The translations under genes and the position numbers were made by a program. From positions 1 through 64,000 of the forward strand of contig JBBRUX010000019.1 in NCBI GenBank assembly GCA_038247415.1: a stretch of DNA of 64,000 bases, read 5' to 3'. The DNA is from Chitinivibrionales bacterium. Its GTDB lineage: Bacteria > Fibrobacterota > Chitinivibrionia > Chitinivibrionales > WJKA01. The notes beneath the pieces are model-generated. The model did not search any database. It was given only the letters and a program-made list of their open reading frames with translations, and was not told where the DNA came from. Shown one piece after another: positions 9,590 through 18,974 of this stretch. Each line of letters starts with the position of its first letter. Positions within the stretch are counted from its first letter, which is position 1.

Positions 9590-10435
9590 ATGAAAACAAA
9601 ACCAAACATTTTTAGTTATAATAACTTCAGAATATTTTTGCTTGATGCATATGCGTATAGGCATAGCATCAATAAAATGTTCTCAAAGGCTTATATCTGC
9701 AAAGCCATGGGTCTGCCGAATAGCCGAAGTTATTTCCAGGACGTTCTCAATGGAAAGTTCGTTTCTCCATTGAAGGTGCCACTTCTTATCAAGATTTTTG
9801 ACTTAGATAAAGAAGAAGCTCAATTCATAAGAGCTCTGATCAATTACAATCAGTCTGTTGATGATCCCGAAGAACGAGAATTGCTGTTTGAACAACTTAT
9901 TTCGCTAAATCGAACCCCCAAAACGGTTATTGCGTCTGCGAGCTATGCCTATTATAAAGAATGGCATCATTGCGTGGTGCGGGCGATCCTGAACATTGTT
10001 GACTTTGAAAAAAATGGGAGTTATACCAAACTGGCAAAGAAAATATTCCCCCCACTTACCGAATCGCAAGCAAAGCAATCGGTTAATTTACTTTTGAGTT
10101 TGGATTTGATTAAAGAGAATGAAAAAGGCTTTCTAAAACCTACATCGAAAGTAATTACTACAGGCGCCTATGCCAAAGATGAAGTATTCAAGATGCATCA
10201 GTATAAATCGCTTGAGATTGCTTGTGAGGCAATTTTAAAAAATCAGAAACAACCTCAAAGAGTGATTACCAAAATGATGAGTTTTTCGGAAGAAGGATAT
10301 GCGCGAGTCCTTAAAAAGATTGAAGACGTGAGCGCTGAGATTAATGCGATAGTCCATAAAGATGAGAAGCCAGCTGATAGAATCTATCAATTAAACATGG
10401 TGTTTTTTCCTCACTCGCAAAGGGGTCAGAAATGA
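9590..10435 (+). CDS. TIGR02147-like (Fibrobacter paralogous family) putative DNA-binding protein
   Basis: IFSYNNFRIFL..., N-terminal HTH-like region, YYKEWHHCVVRAIL, C-terminal IYQLNMVFFP. Confidence 0.8.
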   Translation: MKTKPNIFSYNNFRIFLLDAYAYRHSINKMFSKAYICKAMGLPNSRSYFQDVLNGKFVSPLKVPLLIKIFDLDKEEAQFIRALINYNQSVDDPEERELLFEQLISLNRTPKTVIASASYAYYKEWHHCVVRAILNIVDFEKNGSYTKLAKKIFPPLTESQAKQSVNLLLSLDLIKENEKGFLKPTSKVITTGAYAKDEVFKMHQYKSLEIACEAILKNQKQPQRVITKMMSFSEEGYARVLKKIEDVSAEINAIVHKDEKPADRIYQLNMVFFPHSQRGQK

Positions 10436-12144
10436 GTTTGTCACGATTTTAGGGTATACATTTTGTTTGTGGAGCGCTTGCTCTTTGTGCATTGGTCTTG
10501 ACGCTCTTTGGGTGCTCGTCACAAGTGGCAGGTACTGTAACCGAAGTTGATACCGGAATTGCCTTGTATGATCAAGAAGGTAACCCTGCTAAGCATGCAA
10601 TAATCAAGGTGTTTGATTATCGGGATACAACGCTAGCATATCAAACTTCTACCGATGATAGTGGAAAATATACACTTGCTTCTCTCTCTGGAACCTACTC
10701 GATTTGGGCAGAAAAGGATTCTTTTGTTGCCTATCAAGATTCTGTTCATATCGCAAAAAGCAATAGAAATATCGCGCAAGATACGCTTAAAAAGCCAGGA
10801 TCTATTGCAGCACGAGTAACGCTTTTAGAAGGGGATCCTCAAACTGCTGTTGTTGTGCATGCTTTGGGTACCAATATATTTGCGAATGTAAATGATAGCG
10901 GACGCTTTGAACTATCTGGTCTTGGCGAGGGAACGTATGTTCTCCAGTTGTCGTGTTTTTTGCCAGGATATACGACAACCTATTCGCAGCCTATACATGT
11001 TACAAGGGGAACACAGATGGAAGTTCCTGCCCCCATCAAAATGCTTTACAATGGCATTCCTTATGTGGCTGGCCTTCAAGGCCAGTACGATACACTCAAT
11101 GGGGTTATTCGTTTGCGATGGAATGCAAGTCACTATCCAAATTTTCAGGAATATGTTATCTATCGGCGGAGTGATTTAGAAAGCTTCTACCCATTTAGTC
11201 TGCATTTTGTAACACAGGATACCGTGTTCAATGAAGCTGTTGACAATAGTGAAATGCTGCAAACCACAGGCAAATATCAATATAAAGTTTTTATTCGAGA
11301 TAAATTCGAAAATCAGGGAAGAGCCTATGGATATATCGAAATACAAACATGTCCGCCCGAATCGGTTTACACAGCAATGACCTATAACGTGAGGGGCAAG
11401 GCAAAAATACTTGTAGGGCAAGAAATTGCATTGGTTGTAAGTGCGCGAAATCCCACAAGAACTTTACGCAAAATTACCTGGACAGAAGAATCAACCCAAA
11501 AAATCTTAAAGGAAAAAATACTAGCTGGAAACTCATTGAGCGTTTCTGATACCCTTCGATATACTCCTTTTGTGAATGGGGATAAGATTATTTCTACGAA
11601 GGTAATGGATGGCGGTGGTTCTATCTGTACCGATTCGGTGTATGTTTCTGCTCGATCAGCTTATGCAGAAAATATATACGATGATGACGCTATTGCAGGG
11701 GTTTACCCGATTTCCATCCGTGTTCATGAATCGGTGAAAAGTGTGCGTGTTAGTATGGGAACAATAGTCATAGATACTATATTTATTTTAAATAGTAACG
11801 CTTCGTGCACCCTAGACACAAGAATAATTTTTCCTGAGCAAAAAGTCAATGTGATTATTTTGGGAGATGGAAAACCTCTCGATAGCACCCTGGTACTTGT
11901 AAGAAATATAGATCCGCTAATTGGTTGTTGGGTTTCGGTAAAAGATAGTCTTATCCATGAATGCTATTACGCAGATGGCAGTATCGAGTCGGATAGAGGA
12001 ATTTCGTGGCTATTAGGTTGGGAACGACATGGGGAAAAAGTTTACCTGCAAAGAGCAGCATCGGGGCCAGTTGTATTTACGCCTTCGTTTGCCGATTATG
12101 ATCACTGCAGTATTAATGGTGTTGACTGCGTAAGAATACGATAG
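10432..12144 (+). CDS. Lipoprotein with carboxypeptidase-regulatory-like/Fn3-like beta domains (signal peptide interrupted by in-frame TAG at 10450-10452; intact ORF from 10492)
   Basis: ATGA overlap with the upstream stop; lipobox LFGC; AGTVTEVDT N-terminus typical of TIGR02147 partner lipoproteins. Confidence 0.65.
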
Positions 12145-12245
12145 AGTGGCAAAAAGAAGGCAAGAGCGTTGCAAAAATCCCGGGATGCAACACTAAAACC
12201 GCCTGATTGCACATGGTAGATAAACAAACTTTAAGGGAGCGGCAT

Positions 12246-14477
12246 ATGCGCAAATTATCTGTAATAGTAGTAGTTGGATTATTATGGGCTGGAAGTGGGC
12301 AGATATGTGCCCAGAATAATTCGTGGACTACATTTTCTAAAGACCTGTCAACCTTTTTTGGAGGGGCGGAATTGGTACATGTAGATTTAACGATAAGTGT
12401 CAATCCATGGTATCTTGATTGCGAGCATACTTTCGAAATATCGGCCATTACTGAAAATCAAGTGCCTGTAAATTTTAAAGATTCACTGTGTATGACTGGA
12501 GATATTAATTTGCCAACAGGTGCTGTTATTGTTGGTGGGCAGCTTTGGGATGGGAATGTTATCATTCGTTCACAATTATTTGCTGCTAAAGTTGCAAGTA
12601 ATTCTTCTGGAACCGGTGCGGATACGCTAGGGCGTATGGGACAAGCTTCAATGAGTATTACAAAATTAAGAAGTTTTTCTTTGGGTGATGAATATCAAGT
12701 CAAGCTTTTTCCTATAAAAACAGGCTGGAATAGACAATTCAGTATTCGCTATCTTATTCCACAACGGGAGATTGATGGTTCGGTAACTATGCCATTTGCT
12801 CCGATTCTTGATATGCATTTTACAAAAATCCCTTCCACAATGAACATTAGTATCCAGAGTAACGGGCAAATGGATAGTGCTTCTTTACAGTTTGAGGGGA
12901 TTGATGACTATTGTAAATTGCCAGCTCTAAGGCAGATTTCATTGTCGCCGTTGTATAATGAATATGGTTCAAGATTTCCATACACTGTTTCAATTCCTGC
13001 TAAATATCGAAAAAAAGCCGTAGCAACGCAATTTCCTGCATCTTCGCCCTATAAAGGTAATTACTTTTTGTATTGGGGTTCTGTGCCAGAACAGCTCAGT
13101 ACGATGGCAACTCCACGAGTGGAGGTCTTGTTTGTTTGGAAGTGGTTTGGCGAATCAGGCTTTGTAACGCGTGAATCCGATGGCCAAAAATACGTAAATG
13201 GCGGGACTTGGGGAAGTGAAATTAGTTCACAGGCTTTTTCGCTGAAAAGTGCGCTTGTTGGTGTTGCTTATAGTGGCGCAAAAGTTGGTTTAATTCACGA
13301 TAGAGAAAGCACGCAAAATGACAAGCAATTCCCTTTGTCGTATAGGGGAACGCCTGAATTCGAAAATATGGTTCGCTATCTCCAAAAAAATACCAATAAA
13401 TCTTATATTATATCAACGATTCAGGGAAGCGTCCAAGGAGGGTATGAGGAAGTAACCGAAGAGCAAAAAAATGCCACTGCTAAAAAAGGGACAGAAGAAT
13501 TTACGGTGTGTATGCAAAAGGCATTTTCCATGTTTTCCCCCTCGGAAAATGTTGTACGTCACATTGTCGTGGTAACTGCAGGGGCATCTTACGATTTGGG
13601 TGAGCAGAATATGAATTTTTACAGGAACCCTGGCTTTTCCGGTGTAACCGTTGATATCAACGGTTCTTGGAATGGAGTGCCTGTAATGTCTGTAGAAAAT
13701 CAATTTGGATTGGGGAACGGCTATTGCCAAGGATATTCAGTTCCCGACATAAAAGCATGTAATTATGTTTTGACTTTTGAATCGAGCACAATGCAGAAGA
13801 AAACTGAAATAATTCCTTTTAATCAGGTCAACAATTACCTTTGCCCTAATTCGCAAGGAACTATTCCTGCATGTTTTTTTGCAGGGCAATCGCAGGGTGC
13901 ATGGCTCCCAAAAGTTCGGTGGGATTTATATCAGAAAAACGGTCAACTTATGGGCAGTTACTTAGATACACTCACGTTACCCGTTACGACAAATGATAGC
14001 GCGCTGGCAAAAATGTGGGCAGGATCGGTTGAACCTATTTCCGAAACGCAAACCTTAGATGGCCTGAGTGGTATATATGGCTTCGTTGATCAATATTCAT
14101 ATATGAATACCCGATTTGGGGATACGATATCAATAAACTCTTCCAATGCTGTAACGTCGAGAACATCCTATTTTGCAAATCAGGAAATCATGGCTTCAAA
14201 ACCGCAAAAATTGTTTGGAAAATCTGAAATCCATATTTCTTTTAAAAATGGATTTATTGAATGTTCACTAAGCGGACTTCCTGTGCGATCCGATCTTTCT
14301 ATCAACATCGTCAATGCTCGAGGGCAGGTTATTTACCGTAGCACTCTTGGCGTAAAGGTGTTGAACACAGGCGGGAGAGCATTTACTATTGCGTTGCATG
14401 CTGCGGCAGCAGGAATGTATTTTTGCACAGTGTCAAACCGTGAAATCTCAATAAAAAAGACATTTACTATTCTATAA
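12246..14477 (+). CDS. Large secreted protein with T9SS-type C-terminal sorting domain
   Basis: Signal peptide MRKLSVIVVVGLLW; C-terminus IVNARGQVI...AAGMYFC...KKTFTIL. Confidence 0.7.
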   Translation: MRKLSVIVVVGLLWAGSGQICAQNNSWTTFSKDLSTFFGGAELVHVDLTISVNPWYLDCEHTFEISAITENQVPVNFKDSLCMTGDINLPTGAVIVGGQLWDGNVIIRSQLFAAKVASNSSGTGADTLGRMGQASMSITKLRSFSLGDEYQVKLFPIKTGWNRQFSIRYLIPQREIDGSVTMPFAPILDMHFTKIPSTMNISIQSNGQMDSASLQFEGIDDYCKLPALRQISLSPLYNEYGSRFPYTVSIPAKYRKKAVATQFPASSPYKGNYFLYWGSVPEQLSTMATPRVEVLFVWKWFGESGFVTRESDGQKYVNGGTWGSEISSQAFSLKSALVGVAYSGAKVGLIHDRESTQNDKQFPLSYRGTPEFENMVRYLQKNTNKSYIISTIQGSVQGGYEEVTEEQKNATAKKGTEEFTVCMQKAFSMFSPSENVVRHIVVVTAGASYDLGEQNMNFYRNPGFSGVTVDINGSWNGVPVMSVENQFGLGNGYCQGYSVPDIKACNYVLTFESSTMQKKTEIIPFNQVNNYLCPNSQGTIPACFFAGQSQGAWLPKVRWDLYQKNGQLMGSYLDTLTLPVTTNDSALAKMWAGSVEPISETQTLDGLSGIYGFVDQYSYMNTRFGDTISINSSNAVTSRTSYFANQEIMASKPQKLFGKSEIHISFKNGFIECSLSGLPVRSDLSINIVNARGQVIYRSTLGVKVLNTGGRAFTIALHAAAAGMYFCTVSNREISIKKTFTIL

Positions 14478-14498
14478 GTCTAACGGATTTTTTTTTGC

Positions 14499-14536
14499 AG
14501 CGTGCATCGAAGTTACACTTCAATGCACGCTTTGTA
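14499..14536 (+). terminator. Intrinsic terminator-like hairpin
   Basis: AGCGTGCATcGAAG-ttaca-CTTCaATGCACGCT followed by T-rich sequence. Confidence 0.55.
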
Positions 14537-14672
14537 TTTGTTCTGCCAGATTGGCATCCAGTTAGAAGGAGCTCGAGCCCGCATATTTTTCTAACTGCCT
14601 TGAATCGAGCTATAAAGAACAGGAGCTTACAACGAGGTGTAATGATTCATTAAGCTTTTATTTTCCCATTGT

Positions 14673-14890
14673 ATTTCTCTTTTGCACGAGGGCCGACGGA
14701 ATGTGCTGGTGTAAACGAAATGACACCTGCAGTGCAACAAGACTCAGGCGCTTTGCGCTGCAAGGATTTTTGTACCGGCTTGGGAAGCAAGAGCGAAGGA
14801 GAAGCCGCATCGGAACATACCCCAAGGGTACTTCCTTTGGGTGCCCGACGGAGTGACGCCCGACAGCGAAGCTGGAACGCCCAGATTCTT
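14673..14890. repeat. Structured intergenic repeat, copy 2
   Basis: First 20 bp identical to 31-50; ends GCCCAGATTCTT; shares internal blocks AGAC(C/T)CAGGC, GCAAGG, ACCGGCT, AGAGC, GCCCGAC with copy 1. Confidence 0.75.
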
Positions 14891-15026
14891 GCTTTATGCT
14901 TATCTTAAGGTCTCATGTGCTGGCAATTTTCGAACAAGGCGAATTGCTTTTAATTTCAAACCGATCTATATTGAACGCTCCTTTTTTGTGCCCCATCCCC
15001 TCATAAATTCGTTGAAGGAGCCCTCT

Positions 15027-15488
15027 ATGCAACCAGAAATTATCGAAAATCCTGTCGCCCAACCGATTCTTGAGCTTCTTTCTGTGTATGACGAAAGTTT
15101 GCCAACGGTTTCGTTTCCCGATGTGAGTAGCGATATTCTTAAATCTCTTGCAGCCGACGTTACCACAAAGGCCCAAGAATTGGCAGATGCATTAGCTATT
15201 GCCGAGGAGGCGCGCGTTGTTTTAGATGCAAGTCAGAATGAATTGTTGCTGCGCTCTACGCGGGCTCTTGCGTATGCTAAAATTTTTGCAGAACACGATG
15301 ATGCTATGAGTGAAAAACTTGCAGCAATCAGTTTGGGAAAATCTGTTAGAATTCAAAAAAAAGGTGAGAAAACCAGATCTGTTATGGCCGATGGAGATGA
15401 AAATGATGACGGCAAAAAAGAGGTGAAAAAATCTCGCGTACGAAAATTGACAGAAAAAGAAGGCAGCCAAGAGTTGCCCTTAGAATAA
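15027..15488 (+). CDS. Hypothetical coiled-coil protein with charged tail
   Basis: AAGGAG RBS before ATG 15027; helical Ala/Glu-rich sequence. Confidence 0.65.
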   Translation: MQPEIIENPVAQPILELLSVYDESLPTVSFPDVSSDILKSLAADVTTKAQELADALAIAEEARVVLDASQNELLLRSTRALAYAKIFAEHDDAMSEKLAAISLGKSVRIQKKGEKTRSVMADGDENDDGKKEVKKSRVRKLTEKEGSQELPLE

Positions 15489-15624
15489 TCTGGACTCCCT
15501 GTTTTCTTGGTACGTCGCCTCTTTTTGCTGTAGGGTGAATGCATGTGGGCATGGGTTTGTTTGAGAGGTTTTTCCGCAATTTTTTTAGAAGCTGCTTGCT
15601 TTCCCCGAATTATTTTAGACTAAT

Positions 15625-16011
15625 ATGGAAGAGATTAAAAAGACCTATTATTCTATTTCGGAAGTATGCACGAAAACAAGCCTTGAACCGCATGTGCTGC
15701 GGTATTGGGAGAGTGAGTTTCCGTCGCTGCGTCCTAAAAAAAATAGAGCAGGAAATAGGGCGTACCGCGATAAAGATATCGATCTTATTCTTTATATTAA
15801 AAAGTTACTATACGAAGATCAATTCACAATTCCAGGGGCAAAAAAAAAGATTGCAGACATTCGGGCCGATGAGGCTCCTGCGCTTCTGCAGCAATCTTCT
15901 CCAGCTCTTCCTGAACAGAATGCTCAAGCTCCTGTCGTGCCTTCGGATGCGATGAGGCAAGAGACGATTAGCCAGCTCAAATCTCTTTTAGAAATAATTA
16001 CAGCGCCATGA
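15625..16011 (+). CDS. MerR family transcriptional regulator
   Basis: YYSISEV...PHVLRYWESEF...NRAGNRAY...FTIPGAK. Confidence 0.9.
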   Translation: MEEIKKTYYSISEVCTKTSLEPHVLRYWESEFPSLRPKKNRAGNRAYRDKDIDLILYIKKLLYEDQFTIPGAKKKIADIRADEAPALLQQSSPALPEQNAQAPVVPSDAMRQETISQLKSLLEIITAP

Positions 16012-16760
16012 ATGTGCTCCTCAAAGCACTTGTGGCGAGCATTGGCATAATTGTTGTGGTGTGCACAGCAGATACAACAAGCATTCCCTTTGAAGGCAGT
16101 AGCGTTAGTAAAGCAAACTGGTTTCGGGCTGGCCTGCTCGATATGTACAATATGCGTCTTGGTTCGTTTGAAATAGCGGGTCTGCGCCAAGATTCGGCTG
16201 CTCTGCCTATAAACCTTATGGGGATTGTTATTGGCAGGCAGATTGAAGTTGCTCCTTGGTTTAGAACATCACTTCTGGGTAATCTTGGGTATGGGTATGT
16301 GCCGGTTGATACTCAGATGGTTACCCTTTCGTTAGGTGGGGGGACACCATCCGATCGAAATTCGGAGATTGGTCAGGATTTAATCGTGGCATCATTGGCT
16401 CTGGAGGGGTATTGTCTGGCTCCTGGAACCCTCGGTGTTACCCCCTTTTTAGCAGCTCGAGCAGATGTTTCGTTTGCTTCCCTTAAAAGCCGTGGTACCA
16501 CCATTGATGCTGGAACTCGGTATAGCGTTGAATTATCTGATGGAGCGCAAAGTTCCCAAATTGTAGGAGCGCTTGGTTTTGGCGCAGGTGTTTCGTTCGC
16601 ATTGCCGCGCCAAGCAGCTCTGACCCTTCGGTATATTTATTCGCGATGGAATCCGGTGAAGTATGCCTATAAAGATGGTTTGTTGACAGATGGCGTGCCG
16701 TATAGCGAGCTTTTTCGCTCACATTCGTTTGTACTCACCTACGACTGGATGCGACACTAA
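16008..16760 (+). CDS. Putative outer-membrane beta-barrel protein
   Basis: Signal peptide; alternating amphipathic beta strands; aromatic C-terminus. Confidence 0.5.
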   Translation: MNVLLKALVASIGIIVVVCTADTTSIPFEGSSVSKANWFRAGLLDMYNMRLGSFEIAGLRQDSAALPINLMGIVIGRQIEVAPWFRTSLLGNLGYGYVPVDTQMVTLSLGGGTPSDRNSEIGQDLIVASLALEGYCLAPGTLGVTPFLAARADVSFASLKSRGTTIDAGTRYSVELSDGAQSSQIVGALGFGAGVSFALPRQAALTLRYIYSRWNPVKYAYKDGLLTDGVPYSELFRSHSFVLTYDWMRH

Positions 16761-16766
16761 TTTTTT

Positions 16767-17687
16767 TCATCCATTCATGGCAAGCATAGCCCGCAACGAC
16801 TTTTCTGCTTTTTCTGCACAATCGCTTGGTACCGTTACAACTCTCCCCATACCATGAGCAAGTGAATCATACACCATAGGCAATGTTGTTTTTTTCATGT
16901 TAGGGCACGATATAGCTTCGGAGAGCGGATAATAGCTCTTGTGTGGCGTTTGGGTTCGTAGCGTATGCAAAAGTCCTATTTCTGTTGCAATAATAAACTC
17001 AGTAGCTTCCGTTTTTTTTACATGACTGCACATTTGCCCTGTTGACAATATGGCATCTGCGTGTTGTCGCATTGCATGGGGTGCTTCTGGGTGCATGAGA
17101 AGCTCGGCGAAGGGATGTGCACTACGCGCTGCCTTGATCATGGTTTCTGTGATGCGAAGATGGGTTGGGCAAAATCCATCCCAGAGTATCATTTCTCTGC
17201 CGGTTTGTTCTGTTACATAGGATCCGAGGTGCTTATCTGGAACAAAAATTATTGGTTTGTCGCGCGGTAATTTGTTTACAATAGTTACGGCATTTGATGA
17301 TGTAACGCACACATCAGAGAGAGCCTTAACTTCGGCGGGAGAGTTGACATAACAGACGACTGAGGCCACAGGATATTCTTTTTTAAGCGCAGCAAGCTCT
17401 GTGGCCGTAATCATATCTGCCATTGGGCAACCCGCCTCGGGATGGGGAAGAATAACCGTGCGCGTAGGGTTAAGGATAGCCGCCGTTTCGGCCATAAAAA
17501 GGACACCGCAAAATATAATAGTTTCTGCTTGCGTGGCCGAAGCTTCTACCGACAATCCATAAGAATCACCCACAAAATCGGCTACATCCTGAATTTCAGG
17601 AGACTGATAGGTATGAGCAAGAATGCATGCATTGCGTTCTTTTGTAAGCGTCTTGATTTTTTCTATAAGATCTGCATGGGGGTTCAT
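16767..17687 (-). CDS. nadA: Quinolinate synthase
   Basis: ILAHTYQ, DFVGDS, FCGVLFMAET, AGCPMAD, YVNS, CPTH, HPE, CPNMK. Confidence 0.95.
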   Translation of the reverse strand: MNPHADLIEKIKTLTKERNACILAHTYQSPEIQDVADFVGDSYGLSVEASATQAETIIFCGVLFMAETAAILNPTRTVILPHPEAGCPMADMITATELAALKKEYPVASVVCYVNSPAEVKALSDVCVTSSNAVTIVNKLPRDKPIIFVPDKHLGSYVTEQTGREMILWDGFCPTHLRITETMIKAARSAHPFAELLMHPEAPHAMRQHADAILSTGQMCSHVKKTEATEFIIATEIGLLHTLRTQTPHKSYYPLSEAISCPNMKKTTLPMVYDSLAHGMGRVVTVPSDCAEKAEKSLRAMLAMNG

Positions 17688-17704
17688 GGTATATCCTTTA
17701 CCGG

Positions 17705-18859
17705 TTATTTAACAAAGGGAGAAAAGGAGCGCAAACGATCGATGATCGCTGGCATTGCTTGCAAAACAGCTTCGATCTCTGCATTGGTCGTATAGCGAGA
17801 GAGTGAGAATCGTGTTGAGCTGTGGGCGCACGTGTATGGAATACCCATTGCGCGCATAACGTGCGATGGCTCAAGAGAGCCTGTGGTGCATGCTGAACCA
17901 CTTGAGGCAGCTATACCTTTTTCGTCAAGCATTAAAAGAATTGCTTCCCCTTCGATGTTTTCGAAACTTATGTTGGTGGTATTAGGAAGTCTTTCGGTTT
18001 TATGGCCATTGAGACGTGATGCGGTGCACGTTGCAAGAAGCGTGTTTTCGAGCTTGTCGCGTAGCGCACGAACCTGCGTATTTTCGTAGGCACTATGCTT
18101 TTTGGCAAGGTCGCATGCTACCCCAAGCCCTACAATCGATGCGACATTCTCTGTTCCGGCTCGTAAACCATTTTCCTGATGGCCTCCAAAAAGCAAGGGT
18201 GGAAGGGCAGCCCCTTTACGAATATAAAGTGCCCCTACGCCTTTGGGCGCATGAAGCTTATGTCCTGATAATGCCAGGTAGTCAACGGGAGTAGTAGAAA
18301 CATTAATAGCGATTTTTCCAACGGCTTGCACCGCATCGGTATGAAAGAACCCGCCTTTAGATTTTATCATGGATGCTATTTCGTGAATGGGGAATAGAAC
18401 GCCTGTTTCGTTGTTAGCCCACATAAGCGAAACAAGCGTGTCGGCATCGATTGGCATACGCTTAAGGCGATCCAGATCGATCATGCCCTCTCCATTTACG
18501 CCAATTTCTACTGTGTCAATGCCATCTTCGCTCATTTGACGTACGGAGTTGCGTACTGCAGGATGTTCTACAACCGAGGTGATGATGCGCGTAGTGTTTT
18601 TACGAAGACGCTTAAATCCCCACAGGGCCATATTGTCGGCTTCCGAACCGCAGCTTGTAAAGCAAATTTCTTCGGGATGGGCATGTATAAGTGCTGCAAC
18701 CTGCTCTCGTGCGGTGTCGATATGCTTTTTGACGGTTCCGCCAAATCGATGGATGGAGGATGGGTTTCCGTACCTGGTTGTGAGAAAGGGGAGCATTGCT
18801 TCGAGCACTTCGGGCGCAACGCAGGTAGTGGCATTATTATCGAGAAATATGGTTTCCAT
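17705..18859 (-). CDS. nifS: Cysteine desulfurase (NifS/IscS)
   Basis: LDNNATT, GNPSS, MWANNETG, HTDAVQ, SGHK, SSGSACT. Confidence 0.92.
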   Translation of the reverse strand: METIFLDNNATTCVAPEVLEAMLPFLTTRYGNPSSIHRFGGTVKKHIDTAREQVAALIHAHPEEICFTSCGSEADNMALWGFKRLRKNTTRIITSVVEHPAVRNSVRQMSEDGIDTVEIGVNGEGMIDLDRLKRMPIDADTLVSLMWANNETGVLFPIHEIASMIKSKGGFFHTDAVQAVGKIAINVSTTPVDYLALSGHKLHAPKGVGALYIRKGAALPPLLFGGHQENGLRAGTENVASIVGLGVACDLAKKHSAYENTQVRALRDKLENTLLATCTASRLNGHKTERLPNTTNISFENIEGEAILLMLDEKGIAASSGSACTTGSLEPSHVMRAMGIPYTCAHSSTRFSLSRYTTNAEIEAVLQAMPAIIDRLRSFSPFVK

Positions 18860-18974
18860 GAAATTTCCTTATGGTTAGAATCAATAGAATGATCTTTTTT
18901 GTAGGCTATAAAGTAGTTGTTTAAAAATACCCCGTGGCAATGGCGTATCACAACAATCATGATAAAGTAACGTA

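Noticed and set aside
10450..10452. Genome-wide TAG recoding or pyrrolysine
   Set aside because: TAG is the normal stop of several intact genes here (1185, 6688, 12144, 22698, 52829); only one in-frame case seen
14669..14908. 79-aa ORF and the upstream extension of ORF 14841
   Set aside because: They overlap the structured repeat; the downstream gene has a good RBS and ATG at 15027
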